A stretch of DNA of 64,000 nt from Zygnema circumcarinatum SAG 698-1b (Eukaryota > Plantae > Zygnematophyceae), in the NCBI GenBank assembly GCA_037447605.1, contig CM074804.1, positions 6,983,909 to 7,047,908 on the forward strand. The letters are read 5' to 3'. The position numbers and the translations under genes are program-made. The notes below the pieces were generated by a model. It saw only the letters and a list, made by a program, of their open reading frames with translations, was not told the origin of the DNA and made no database searches. Numbering within the stretch: the stretch's first letter is position 1; each line of letters starts with the position of its first letter. Positions 11,506 through 23,700 of this stretch are shown in pieces.

Positions 11506-13847
11506 TCATGAAACAAGAACATGATCTTCTTTTGCTTCCGGTACACGTCTTGTTCCATCTCCCTTTTGAAGTATCTTGCCAGCCAATTGAGTTTCGCTAG
11601 ATGAGCTGTCCTGTCTCTTCCCCTGGTCTTGCTGTTCTATGTTGCCCTCAACACCCTCTACTGAAATTTTCTGTGCCTCACTGCTGGACCCAGGCAGCGA
11701 GCATTGGCGCTTGTCTGAAGGCCCTTCCATAGGAGGATCGTCACCCTTCTCAATGGAGCACTCTTCAGTAGCAGCACGTTTCCGCTGAGGCACCACTTCC
11801 TTCAGGGCTTTACTCCAATCCTTGGTTTCCAAATAACCGAGAAGTATGTCCATCACGTGGTTCACCGTAAGAACCTGCAACCAGTTCCACATTATTATCA
11901 CAACGATACTGTACACATACCTTTAAGACAAGGTTGCAAACCAAAAACACAAAATCAGCCTGAGCTTTCCTACTCATCAACTCATCTAGTTAGGATTTGA
12001 AAGTGTCACACAAATGAAATAGTGGACCAAACCCATACATGCCAGCATTTAACAGGGCAAAGAGATCCATATTCCTCCTTACATTCAGAAGTGAGAAACA
12101 ATATGACATACTAACACTTCCCTTTAAGGGGTTGTTGCAAGATGGCATACATACTGTTACTGAGGCAATTCATGTTAGCCAGTCACATTGTACTCTAACA
12201 GATGGAGAAACAGAAACACGAAGCCCCTTCACCGCTTACAGAGATCCAACTCATATCTCGTTCACCCCAAGCAAAGATGCATGAAGGACAGAAATTTCCA
12301 GCAGGTTCAAGAAGGAGCGCTGTTCCAAAGCGAGAGCTCAATAAACTTGGACGGCAGAGGTGGAATGGTACGATAGCACTTGGTGAAGATCATAAGCAGT
12401 GACTCAGAGCGTGGTGACAAAGGGCAGACCTTAGAACTGGTCATCTTAACGTGCTCAGCGATAGGCAGGCGAGCAGTGGCTATGCCTTGCTGATTTGCCT
12501 TCTGAAGTGTTAAGCATTTGTGCCGATTGCGGTCCACCAGCCCGCCAATGATATAAATTTTGTCGGACTGCAATTCGTTCGCTATGTTTGCTGAATCTGC
12601 TGTAAGATATACTAAATCGGCCTTACGATCAGCAAATACATCAATGTATGACTGAGAATGCTTATGGACCCGCCAGTTCTCATAACCCGAGAGTCTTTTG
12701 AACTGTTCGAATACAGCTCCTTTGATGCTGGTGAGGGACAGCCGGCAAGGAACTGCTGCTTTCAAGTTTGCCGCGTAGCTGAACATTGTCTGCAAGTTTC
12801 CAGACCAACTGCCCTGACATGTTGATCCTGTGATTCAATGAGCATTATCGTAACACTTCATACAGTAGTTGAATAAATACATTTATGAGAATAAATTGCA
12901 TGGACGATTTGAAATCTGGAGAACATTTCCCGTTGAGAAAGAAAAACAGCTAGAGATTGCTGGTGCAATACGAAGCCAAGCGAGATAACAGATTGACCAC
13001 ACGAGCTTTGTTTTCACTCCTCAACAATATGTCTCTGAAGCTATCTTAGAGCAGCTTGGTGTTGCATTAACCAAGCGCACACATACTTTATGCCTATGGT
13101 AAGAGAATGCCGTTAATGAAATGCTTCCATAGACAATGACCATGACTAGCGAAATTGCGCCAACAAAGCATGCACTTTCACGAGCCCGATAAAAAGCTTT
13201 GTAGACGGACATAAACTAAAATTTATTTGAAGGACTGTCGATGAATTGCAATGGACTCGAGGGAGGTCAGGCTTCAGCACATAGATTCCCTCTAGTGAGG
13301 TGAATCTTGCCTAGTTTGCATTAATTACATAACACAGTTCGTTTCCAGGTTGTATTTATGATTGACCTTCAAATTATGGCAAAACAACCTTCATAATCTT
13401 CAAGACAATGGTTTGCTTGAATCGGACGAGAGTATTCCACACCTGCTGCACCAAGCTTCTGAGTTCACCGGGTTGCATATGCTGCTCGAAGTCCAAGTCA
13501 ATCACGATATTCAAGCCAGAAACAAGCGCTTGTTCAAGATTTTGCTTTCGATCACGTTCTTTCTGCAGCCGTTCCTCCATGATCATGGCTTTCTTCTTCT
13601 CAATCTCCTCAAGCTCTTGGGTACTCATCCCAGCCATTTTTTCTCTCTTCTCCTGCAATTCAGCTGCCCTCTCAGCCTGCTTAGCTTTGCTTTCTATCTG
13701 ACGCTGCTTCTTTTCCGCCTCCCTGCGTGCAGCCATCCACTCAAGCTTGCGCTGACGCTTCACCATTTTTTTCTGTTGCCTTTTAGAGAGTGCCGCTTCT
13801 CCACCTCCGTCTGCACTGTCTGTCCAATCTTCATCTTTGCTATCCAT
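11506..13847 (-). CDS. TRM10: tRNA (guanine-N1, position 9) methyltransferase, TRM10/TRMT10A family
   Basis: Charged N-terminus, then NIVIDLDFEQHM...ELRSLVQQ, MFSYAAN, DLVYLTADSAN, KIYIIGGLVDRNRHK, ARLPI and LTVNHVMDILL...DWSKALKEVVPQRKR. These are the SPOUT motifs of Trm10. Confidence 0.93.
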
Positions 13848-14210
13848 GTCTGCGGCCAAACCAGCAATATTTCTCTTCTCTTCCTATTTTCAATCCAACC
13901 TCACATCCCACATCCTACATACACGTCAACAGTTGCACCCTCTGCAAAGCACTTCTACCACAGACTGCCTGCTTGCAAATGGTAGCAGTCGAGGACGCAT
14001 GTATAGAATTTGAAGGACGCTAGAGAGGCGGTAGGCGGACGCTCCGGCCTGCAGTAATGCGTCTGACGGACGGCAGAGATCTGGTCTGTATCGCAAATGC
14101 CGAAAAAGGAGCCAGTACTGTCCAAGCGCTGAGGGAGGCAGGCAGGCATGGGATCCCGCGTATAGGCTCGTTGCAGGCAGTTTCGGGACGAGTGCAGATC
14201 AATAGGAAGC

Positions 14211-17130
14211 ATGGACAACGGTGGTGGCGGCGACAGGCACGTCTAGATTCACACGGAGGGATGAAAGATCGTCTCCTGCTGCCACATTCTTTGTTTGCAA
14301 TGTTGCTTTTATTGCAGAGATGAGAGTGATTGTAATGGTGTAAGCTGTAACGTGAGCTTCTAAGGATATGCTTGGAAGTGAGGTATTTATCTAAGGTTTT
14401 TCAAGGATTCTGTAAGAGTAAGTGTACATTGGAGGATAACTATCAGCTTATCATGGAAGTCTTACCTGGTTTCGTGATCCTAGTCATGAGAATAGACAAC
14501 TTTTTTGGTATACTTTCATGCTGTAGAGTATTAGCGTCGTTAAAACTGGTGTCCTCTTAATCTCGCTCAATCTCTCTCGGTGGAGATGCCCAAGAATTTG
14601 GATCATGAGAGCTTTGCCTTTTTGCAATTGCCATTAACCTCTTGGCCTTGCGGAAACTGAGCAAGTCACAAAGTCGTCCAAGTACTGCGGCGGTAAGGAA
14701 GAACCCGTTAAAGATTCAAGACTTACTCTCATGACAGTGGTCCGCTTGAAGACAGTTATTCAATGTCGGGTATTGTAGAGAAAGCATATGCTGCACTGTA
14801 TTCTTCTGTTCCATGTGAGCAATCGTCTGTGCAAGCATTCATTAAACGGGAAAACCTCTGCAGATTTTGCTTGACATAGACAATTAGCTTGAACCATTTT
14901 GTCTTAAAACCCAATATATACTGAAGGCTTTAGCATCCATTACATGAGAGCAATATACTACTACGTTACTCGGCCGATGTAGATGGATAATCGAGTGAGA
15001 GTATATCTCTGTTTCACTGCGACGATATTGCGAATAGTGATAGCAGTCTTCATTGCGCAACTGCATACCTTGAATGTGCACCTGAATAGCAATCCACGAG
15101 TACGTGCTGTGGTTACTCTCAAAGCGGTAATTCACAAAGAGTCTTAAATTAGCAAGGTGGTGCATGAGACGGCCATTTTTTCGTCAATGTCTTCGGGCAC
15201 CACAGTAATGATATGATTGCTTTTTGTTTTCTGATTGTACTTTAGCTATTTCTTTCTGTAGAAATGAGGTTCTTCTGTAAGTGACTACTCCTAGCGCCGC
15301 CCTAACATCTTTGCCCTTTTGTCCTTTATTCTGCTCTGCAGTCCTGGACGAGTTAGAGGGTCAGAAGGGCGATTTATAAAAGAGCGTCAGCTTTCAAGGG
15401 AGAGAGATGACGATGGTGCTTCTTTCAAAGAGCAAAGGCCCGGTTTGCCGCGAAGACGGCTACAAGACGCCGCAAGTCTTGAAGATAATGAGATTCCTGA
15501 CCCTGCACCACACAGGGCAGTTAAGCGTGGACGGTGGTCTGGGGCCGACAAAGTAGATAACGGTGACTCGACACAAGGAGTAGACCCTGAATATGTTCCT
15601 CGTTCTGGATATTTTTTTGAGGTAAAATCTGAACTTCGGTTTGTATGAGAAAGGGATACAACGAGCTGGGGTGACTCATGTTGATCAAAGACTAGCATTG
15701 AAATTTGGATCGCTAAAGACTGATAAAAGGATGAAGCACTTTTAAATGTACTGGTCGTAGATGGTGACATGTTACCTAGTGGTGAGCAGCTATTGTTGAA
15801 GGCGAACAGGACATCCTTCTGCATTGTGTTTGGAATTAGCCATGCTACGAAAGGCGTAACATAATTCATAGCAGCAATGAGTTAAAGAATTTCACCAAGG
15901 ACTTGTTCGATACGTCGTTGGTCCGATTGCATACAAAATAGCAAGTGAGCTAAAGCATTTAATTCCAAGAGCACAGTGAAATTAAGGTTTGCAAATAATA
16001 ATGTGGCTTAAGGCACTGCATGCTCGTCAATTGTCACGGAAGGCCGCCAAAATTCCGTTGACATGCCATGGGGCTGTTTCGGAGCAAATTTTTTTTTGTT
16101 TTCTTTTTTGAAAAGGAATGGTGAGACCGTCTGTTGTACATTGCCTGCCTATTGTGTGTGAAAAGATGTGGACTGATGGACGTTATTGGCTGCACAGCAT
16201 GATCATCGAGCTGGGCCTCCACAGCAACGCTCTACAGGTATAATTCACCTGCCTCTGAAGTCCTTGCTAGTGGAAAGTGATCTTTTGAAATGGCAAGCAT
16301 TACCATTTGCCACTTATCAACCATACGTCGTATTTCTTAGTTGCAGCTGGGATAAAACGATATTTTGCTTAATCACCATGAAGCTAAGCATATGACAAGT
16401 AACTCCGTGCTGACATGCCTGGGACTGGAAAGCAGAACTGTAGATTAGGCTGCCGTTTTAGAGGTCTGATCATGTCCGATATTGACAATATGTGACTGGA
16501 TGCTGCTGCCATGCAGGACGGTGGCATGGCCAGTATCGAGACTACCCACCACCGCAGGAGTATGGAGGTCGAGAAGGCAAAGAGTTGCATGGCAATAGCA
16601 GGAAACCCAGTGGGCGATGGGAGCATGATCGTTTCTCAGAGGCAGCCCGAGATCACCCCCGTGGTCGCTACAGTCGAGGCGTTGATGGCGACCGCAACGA
16701 TGGGGCCCTTGATGACCGCTGGGGTAGTACTGAACGAAAGAGAGAGGGTGGACGCAATAATCCTCGGGATGAAGGACATATCAGGCATAGAGAACATGGC
16801 AGGCGAGGCCCTATTGTTGAGACAGGGGAGAAGAGGGAGACCAGTCCTGGGCGGCAGGCTGCAGAGCGCACATGGAGGCGTGAGGAAGAGAGATATGGAC
16901 CCAGTCCTTGGATGGACGACAAACCAGGGAGTGACCCGTCAGCAAGAGATAGAGGGTGGAGAAATGAAAGGAGAGGCTGGGAAAACCGGCTGCCTGTTGG
17001 TGAAGCTGGGCCCTCCAGGCAGGACCGGTGGGAGCATGATCTGTTTGAAGAAGTAAATAAAAGTCCAAGCCCCCATAAGGACAAGGACCCTAATGCTACT
17101 GACGTGATTGAGGCTTTATTGGCCGCTTAA
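14211..17130 (+). CDS. Btz (CASC3/Barentsz eIF4AIII-binding) domain protein, RG/D-rich; 4 exons
   Basis: Exons 14211-14236, 15342-15621, 16198-16237 and 16517-17130 join in frame: MDNGGGGDSPGRVRG...DPEYVPRSGYFFE-HDHR...RWEHDRF...RWEHDLFEE. This matches the Btz pattern PR.G.FFEHD...WEHD.F. Exon 1 requires a GC donor. Confidence 0.78.
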
Positions 17131-18101
17131 CAGAGTTAGTGTTGTTTCAAGAATGTTCGTGCAAACGCGAAGTGTTGCAAGGTGTTATGGTTTTTTCTGG
17201 TTTTCTGTTACGCTCTTGCTACGCTTGGTATGTCGGTTGGAAGCCTTAGGATTCAGCTCGTTTGGGAATGGCGTGGAATACTGGGGAATTGGTTTGGCAG
17301 AAGTTTGACACGCAGCATTCTGCCACCCACTGTAGTCACCCAAGGCTGTGTGGCATCGAAACTAAACCAAGGAATGTGAGGTGATGAGGTCAGAAGGAGA
17401 AGATAACTTCAGGAAAGGGAAGTCCTTTCAGAAAAGGGAAGTCCTTTAGAGAAGATGGCTCCACGAACCACCTTCTTTGTGATTGCCGAAATCAATGATT
17501 ACTTCATGAGTCCCATTGGGGCGTTTCCAATATACGACTCCAAAACACAAACTAAAAGCACCAGGCCAACGTGCCCATCATTGCACACATTAAAAAAAAA
17601 AAAAAAATTGGCAGTTCAATTGCAGCCAGTCCGAGGTCAGTGCTTGCAACTCCCCTCTCCAAAAGTGATATTCCAAAGTTCAAAATCGTTTTGTACCGCA
17701 CGTTCACTACTCCCGCACAGCTCCTCTCCGTCATCATTTTCTTTATGAAGGAAAGTAGTATCAGAAAAACGGAAAAGAAGTAGAGAACAAGTTAAAAAGA
17801 AGAACTAAAGAATTTTTTCTTGGAAAAGCTAGCTTCCGGTAATTTTGAGGAAATTTATAAGAATTTCCATCAATTTTTTTTTAATCAAAAGCTGATGGTG
17901 GCCGAAAAGAAACGTCAACGCCCCTTTCTCCATCTGAATCCCCCCTGTCCATACCCCCGCGCGTCGCGACAAAAATGGTCATGTACCAAACCGTACAATC
18001 ATACGATACAAATATCTTTTCGTACACATGTACGGTAAAACTGTTATCACCGTACGGATGAGATAAACAAGCAAAAACAAAGGTACAGTAACTGGTCCTC
18101 C

Positions 18102-18240
18102 CTAGAGCCTTGTTGTTGTTGTTGTTGGTGGTGGGCCCAGAAGCAAACTTGCGCTCATGAGTCATGGGACTCATGGCTTCTAGAGCCGTGTTGTTGTTGT
18201 TGTTGTTGGTGGGCCCAAAAGAAAACTTGCGCTCATGGCT
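18102..18240. repeat. Tandem duplication (about 60-bp core, 78-bp period), each copy with (TTG)n and a TGGGCCC site II-like motif
   Basis: ctagagcc(t/g)tgttgttgttg...gtgggccca(g/a)aag(c/a)aaacttgcgctcatg occurs at 18102 and 18180, upstream of the ATG at 18531. Confidence 0.8.
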
Positions 18241-18530
18241 TTTGGTTTGGTTCCTAGTCAGTTGTGGCCGGCTGGGCCCCTCGTGGTTCCCCATGTTCGG
18301 TTTTGTGCATGTGCATGGGATGATGGCATGGTCTTGCGGCGGTATCCATGCGAAGGGACGGGACTCATGTTGACTCATGCGAAGGCGGCCTCCCATTGGC
18401 CGGAAGGGCGATATAGCCCCGCCCTTATCCATGCGGCTCGCTCTCACTCTCGCCGCCTCCCACAAGTCCCTCTCCCTCTCTCGCTCTCTCTCCCCCTCAG
18501 CCGCCGTTCCCTACTGGCACGATAGCAGCC

Positions 18531-19642
18531 ATGGCTACCGCAGCCGGCCGGCTTGCATGCTGTGGTAGTAGAGCCCTCACTGAAGATGGACCGACAGCCA
18601 TGGCTTCCAGCAAGCCTCTGCGTGCCAGCCTGCGGGTGGCTGCAGGAGGGTTGCGGCCGTCTCTTGAGCTGCGCGGCGCAGTGCGGGGCTGGCAGAGGAG
18701 TGGCCAGAAAGGAGAGAGGCGGAGTTCACACGTCCGGATGTCACTCATGGGGGAGGATCCGGAATGGAGCGACGATGACTACATAGTTCTGGGCTTGGCT
18801 CACTGTTTTTTCAAGGATGCAGACGCCCGCTTGCAGGACTGCTTTGTAGTGGAGCCCATACCTGCAGGAGCGTTGGAATGCATGGACAACGGAGGGGTCA
18901 CGTGCTACATGCATGCTACCGCAACAGGCCTTGGGACAGCCCTGAAACAGGATATCAGTCTGCTGCCTCCTCAATTTCAAATTGGCAAATTCTGTGAGGA
19001 CTTCGAGTTTCGTACCCGCTGCGCTTCTCGCACGTGGAAGCGCCAACATGCCCAGGAAAACCTTTTGTAAGTTTCCCTCTCATGCTCCTTAAAGGACCAT
19101 GCTGCCTCGTGTTGCCAACTTCTCATTGTGGTTTTTTCCAGGCTTAAGGCATCTTAGAAGTGCTGGTCAGAGTCGCCTCTCTTGGATGTTGGGACCTGTA
19201 AGGTTTTTTCAGCGTATTTGATATTTGCTGCACGCTGGACTGCGCGTTTGGCCTCCAAACAGACACTGCTTAGCCAAGCTTCCTACTCCCGAGGCTTCTT
19301 GCTTTGACAAAGAATTAAGGAATTATTTAAATGTACCCTTCAATATCTGGTCTATTGGTATCCCCATGGAGGTTCGGCGACAACCACAGATGTGAAATGC
19401 AGCCTAGTGCATAGCAAAAGCAAATATTGACTTCAGGGAAGGGAGGAGGTCACTGCAGGAAGCTGTTGGAGAAGGGCTCCGTACGATCAGATTGGAACTT
19501 CTTGTTAGACGATAAACGCATTTTGAACATGGAGTATGAGGTGTCAGACGCGGATAACATCAAACAGGATTTGAGCATTGATGTGTATGGGCGCAAGGAG
19601 GAGAACGAGGAGGTGGAGATTGAGAAGCTGTATAATGTATGA
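18531..19642 (+). CDS. Plastid-targeted protein of unknown function, cyanobacterial-type; 2 exons
   Basis: Exons 18531-19066 and 19459-19642. An Ala/Arg/Ser-rich transit peptide precedes DDDYIVLGLAHCFFKD...VVEPIPAGALE...FCEDFEFRTRCASRTWKR...DWNF...KRILNMEYEVSDADNIKQD, which resembles a conserved cyanobacterial hypothetical protein (from recall, not searched). Confidence 0.8.
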
Positions 19643-20221
19643 GGGCGGCTGCTCGCCAAACATCACAGTATGTGCTTGCAGGATTGCTGCCGATGCTGAA
19701 TGGAGCTCATTCTCGAACAGGTCAATCTTTTATAGCAGAGCTGGAATGTGGTTAAGAAATCTTGTTAGGAGAAAACGATAATAAGGGCCCAGGGCGCTTA
19801 GGGTTTCAGATGGATGGGAGTACATGCAATGCTCCTATTCAGGGCCTCTTGTAACCACAGCTCCGGATTTATGTACAACAGCCCCAAGTTCGCCACCAAT
19901 AACATTATCTGCTCTTTTCCCCTCACCTGTACGACTTGCCGTGTTTCGCTTAATGCTCTTTTCATCCCTGTCTGGCATTGTTGGTGGTGTAGTCTGGTGT
20001 TTCCTGACTCCATATCACGCATACCATGCCATTCTGGGTATCACTTATCGCTCCATTGTGTCCATTGTCAGGAGCCGTACTTGAAGCACGAAATGTCGAG
20101 AAACAACACACATCTGCACTCGAATAGTTTGGATATGGAACGGAATTAACATTTTCATATTGACTGAAAGGTGCTTACTCCATATTTCCACTGGCTCCCT
20201 TCACCTCTACTTCCCCTCCCC

Positions 20222-20436
20222 CTGGATTCCCTCCCGGCAGTGGCCATACACGACTGCTGTGGAGCTGGATTCCCTCCCGGTAGTGGCCATACACGACTGC
20301 TGTGGAGCTGGATTCCCTCCCGGCAGTGGCCATACACGACTGCTGTGGAGCTGGATTCCCTCCCGGCAGTGGCCATACACGACTGCTGTGGAGCTGGATT
20401 CCCTCCCGGCAGTGGCCATACACGACTGCTGTGGAG
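20222..20436. repeat. 43-bp minisatellite, 5 copies
   Basis: Unit ctggattccctcccggcagtggccatacacgactgctgtggag at 20222, 20265, 20308, 20351 and 20394; only one substitution (C>T at 20281); no spacers. Confidence 0.97.
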
Positions 20437-20705
20437 CTTGCAGAGCCCTATTTTGCCCTTTATTTGGCAGCACCTAAAACAAAACCTGAGAAGCAGCTCT
20501 CCTATTTGGAGCCTCCCACGAGATGAAACAAGCCAAAGGCCCCTTCCCTACCTTGCTGTCTGCAGTCTGCCGGCAAAACAGATGTCTCTGCCGCTTATTC
20601 CACAAGCATCGGCTCTCTACCTGACCTCCGGCTTTCACAGAAAGCAGACCTCGCCGAGCACGGCCATCTATAATCAACAAAAAAATTAAGCCTGAAAAGA
20701 AGATC

Positions 20706-23700
20706 CTAAGGATCTCTGTCAAACCGTGCAAGGTCGTACACTTGTCGGATATTTCCAGAGGCTGCATTTCACCACCCAGATTCCGAGACTGGTCAATCAA
20801 ACATGCCATACAACCTCCATCCTACATGCATGTAAGCGTCCATGTGCCATGACAGGTACTGTCTAGTATGCACTGCCATGTACGAGCTATGGAAAAGCCT
20901 TTACATATACATTGCCTAGAGAAAGTGGGATAGTAGAGTCTTGAGAACTTACAAAGGAGCCATTCCTTGAAATGCGCCAAAATTACATTTGTAAGTTCCT
21001 TCTTTTTATTATCTTCCAACACCGCTGTTTTCAAAGTCTGTCGCAAACTTTCCACCTTGTTTGTCTGAACAGAGCAGAGGAGAAACAATGAGCCACCATA
21101 GCCACCATAGGCCCCACTCTATGCAAAAACAGCTGTAGGCATCTGACTTTGCAAAAGCATGCTTGTAGATGTTGACATGAAGTGCAGTATATACATAGTT
21201 GCTGTACAATCGGCCTGGTTTGGCTTCTTAGGACCGCTCACCTTGACCTGCAACGCGGTGAGGTATGGTTTTGGAAGAGGAAATGGGTTGCCTCGAGTGA
21301 CAGCATGCTGATGGCTCTCCCCTCCTCCCCGGAAGGGAACCTGCTCAAAATATTGAATTGTAAGCCAAGAGACTCCAGCGCTGTCTCCGCTACAACCAGA
21401 CGAAAGCGACGCAAGAAGTCTGCGGAAAAGTTAGCTTACCACAAATGGCACAAACTTGTCAGGGGGCAACAGAGCCGCTCCTTCTGCTTGAGAACTCGCC
21501 ACTCCTGCGGGGTGCGACATGGCGTCATGCGGATCTGCTGCACCGAGTGCGAGTGGCGAGTCCCAGCGGTTCATGGTGGGGTCTACCCCAACCTGCGTGA
21601 GGTGAGCTTCTAGCCGTGGGTAGAATGTGTTGTACGGAGCCACCTGTGAAGAGCATGGACAAAATTAGCTACCGTTTATGTCCTGAGTGAGGTACAGTAC
21701 AGTGGATAGGACTTTGAAAGGAAAGGATTCACTTAAGTGAGAGAGAACTTGGGAACAGCAAGGTCCACCTGGAGTTTGTGGTTGTCCCCTGCCACTACAG
21801 GGCTCTGATTTGTTCCAAGGTAGAACACACATTCCCTGCAAGTAGAGATGCGTATCCGGGCGCATGCTGTGATAAGCTGTACACGCTCGCAGTTCTCTGC
21901 TTTCACTGCCTGAACCCGCACCCCGTCCCCCTTCTCCTCATCCAATCAGTTTTCACAAACACGACCATAACTCCTTGACTTGATTCAGCAGGCTAAGCAA
22001 TCAACACTAGAGCAACACTCTTCTGAAAGGATATTAGGTTGTTCTCGAATTCAAAACCTCACCAAGCAAAGTGCTTTGGCTGGCTGTTATGTATGAACAC
22101 CGAGTATACAGTAAAAGCTAAAAGCAGATTGGCAATGCATTCGACAAAAGTTCTGAAACGACATAAATGTCCATCTGATGCGGGCATCGAAGCTGTGCGG
22201 GAGACCGAGAACAAAAGCAAGTCATGGAGTTTGCCCGCACTCAAATGCTCCCTACATGCTGGCACGACAGGTCACATCTGAGGGAACTCCCAATGGCATA
22301 AGTGGATCACCTTGCCCACAGGGCCGAGCACAATGGTGGAGTCGGAGCAGCCGATCACTTGGGCATATTTCAAAGGTGCTAAAACGTACACAACAGCATC
22401 GTGACAATGTGATATCTGCATTTCCCACGTGAACACAAAGCTAAGTCACGAGATGGAGCATCTGAAAACCGCAGTAGGGATTGTGGAAAACATGCAACAA
22501 AGCCACTTGTCTCTCTTGTCTCCCTCCCTTGTCTCCCTCTCTAATTCTTTGCTTTCAGTAGTTCGCTGCGGTGGTAGCACCAGGAGAGGGAGTGGTGCTG
22601 TCCGGCTTGCCATAGCCTCCCAAAGCTCATCTTTTGTAAGAAAAGAAAGAAAGGAATAGCAAAAAGAGCTTCTTACACGTTCAATTGCAGGTATGAAGTG
22701 AATGCTGAAATAAAGAACAAGGAGAGCAACTTTTTTTTTTCTTTTGCATCCCAGCCATTTCTCCAAAGTAATACGATTCTGACTCGACGGCACGTGCTTC
22801 CCCATCTCAAAAGACCCTACAGATCTAGGACCACCCTCGTGACTAAAGTTCTTGCAATAACAAGTATCGAATTGTCTCCTCATTTGGAGCCTACTGACTT
22901 GGTGTAGTACCCGAACAACGAATGCGCAGACATGTCATACTGACGAAAGAAGCCAGTTCTGAGACCCGTAAACTTCTCTCTCGACAAGCAGCGCGTAGAG
23001 TGGTGAAATCTAAAGATGGTTTCTCAGCATCTATCCTTACAAAAAGAAGGCAGACACCTTGCCATCGACACACGGCAGTCTCTCCCGGTATATGGTGCAA
23101 GATGCATCCTGACCTTCAGTAAAAACGGCCAGACAAGGTTTATTATCTGTATTCGTTCTAGACTGAACCATCCAAACATCAAAAACACATATGCCCACCT
23201 CGCAACCCAGTTAATTTGCTTACAGCAAAATGAACTCCTTGGAGACCTCCCAACCCCTCTAGCCCCTCCTGGTCCATCTTCCCCGCAGGTCCCGACCTCC
23301 TCCAGCTTTCAACGACTGCCCGTTGTGATTCAGGCTTCAGGGTACATTACTTACCCTAACTGTGCCGCCTTCAATGTCCCCTTCTCCCTTTAGCACCGAC
23401 ATCTTGGCCACCCCATCCACACACGTGATGCCTGCGGGCCAAAAATCTCGTGAAGGAGGCACCAGTCCGTTTGAGGCCACTCCGGGAACTGTTACAGAAG
23501 CGCCTCCTGTTCCAGGGGAGCCGGAGCTGGAGCTAGCCTCTGCCATACTTACATCCTCATCTAGCCCTGACATTGAAAGGCCTGCTACTGGACTCTCAGA
23601 GCCCTCCCGCATATGCTCTGAAGCTCCGCAAACGTGTCGTGACAGCCATTCGTGCACCTGTGACACGGGCACAGGGGCAGCAGGCATGGCTGGATCACTT

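Noticed and set aside
16511-17084. Overlapping ORFs 16511-17056 (+) and 16668-17084 (-) suggesting dual coding
   Set aside because: These are shadow frames of the low-complexity Btz last exon, with no recognisable motifs.
20222-20436. CRISPR-like array or repeat-protein ORFs (20160-20689 in several frames)
   Set aside because: The units are contiguous with no spacers, there are no cas genes and the context is eukaryotic. The 43-bp period is not a multiple of 3, so the ORFs are by-products of the repeat.
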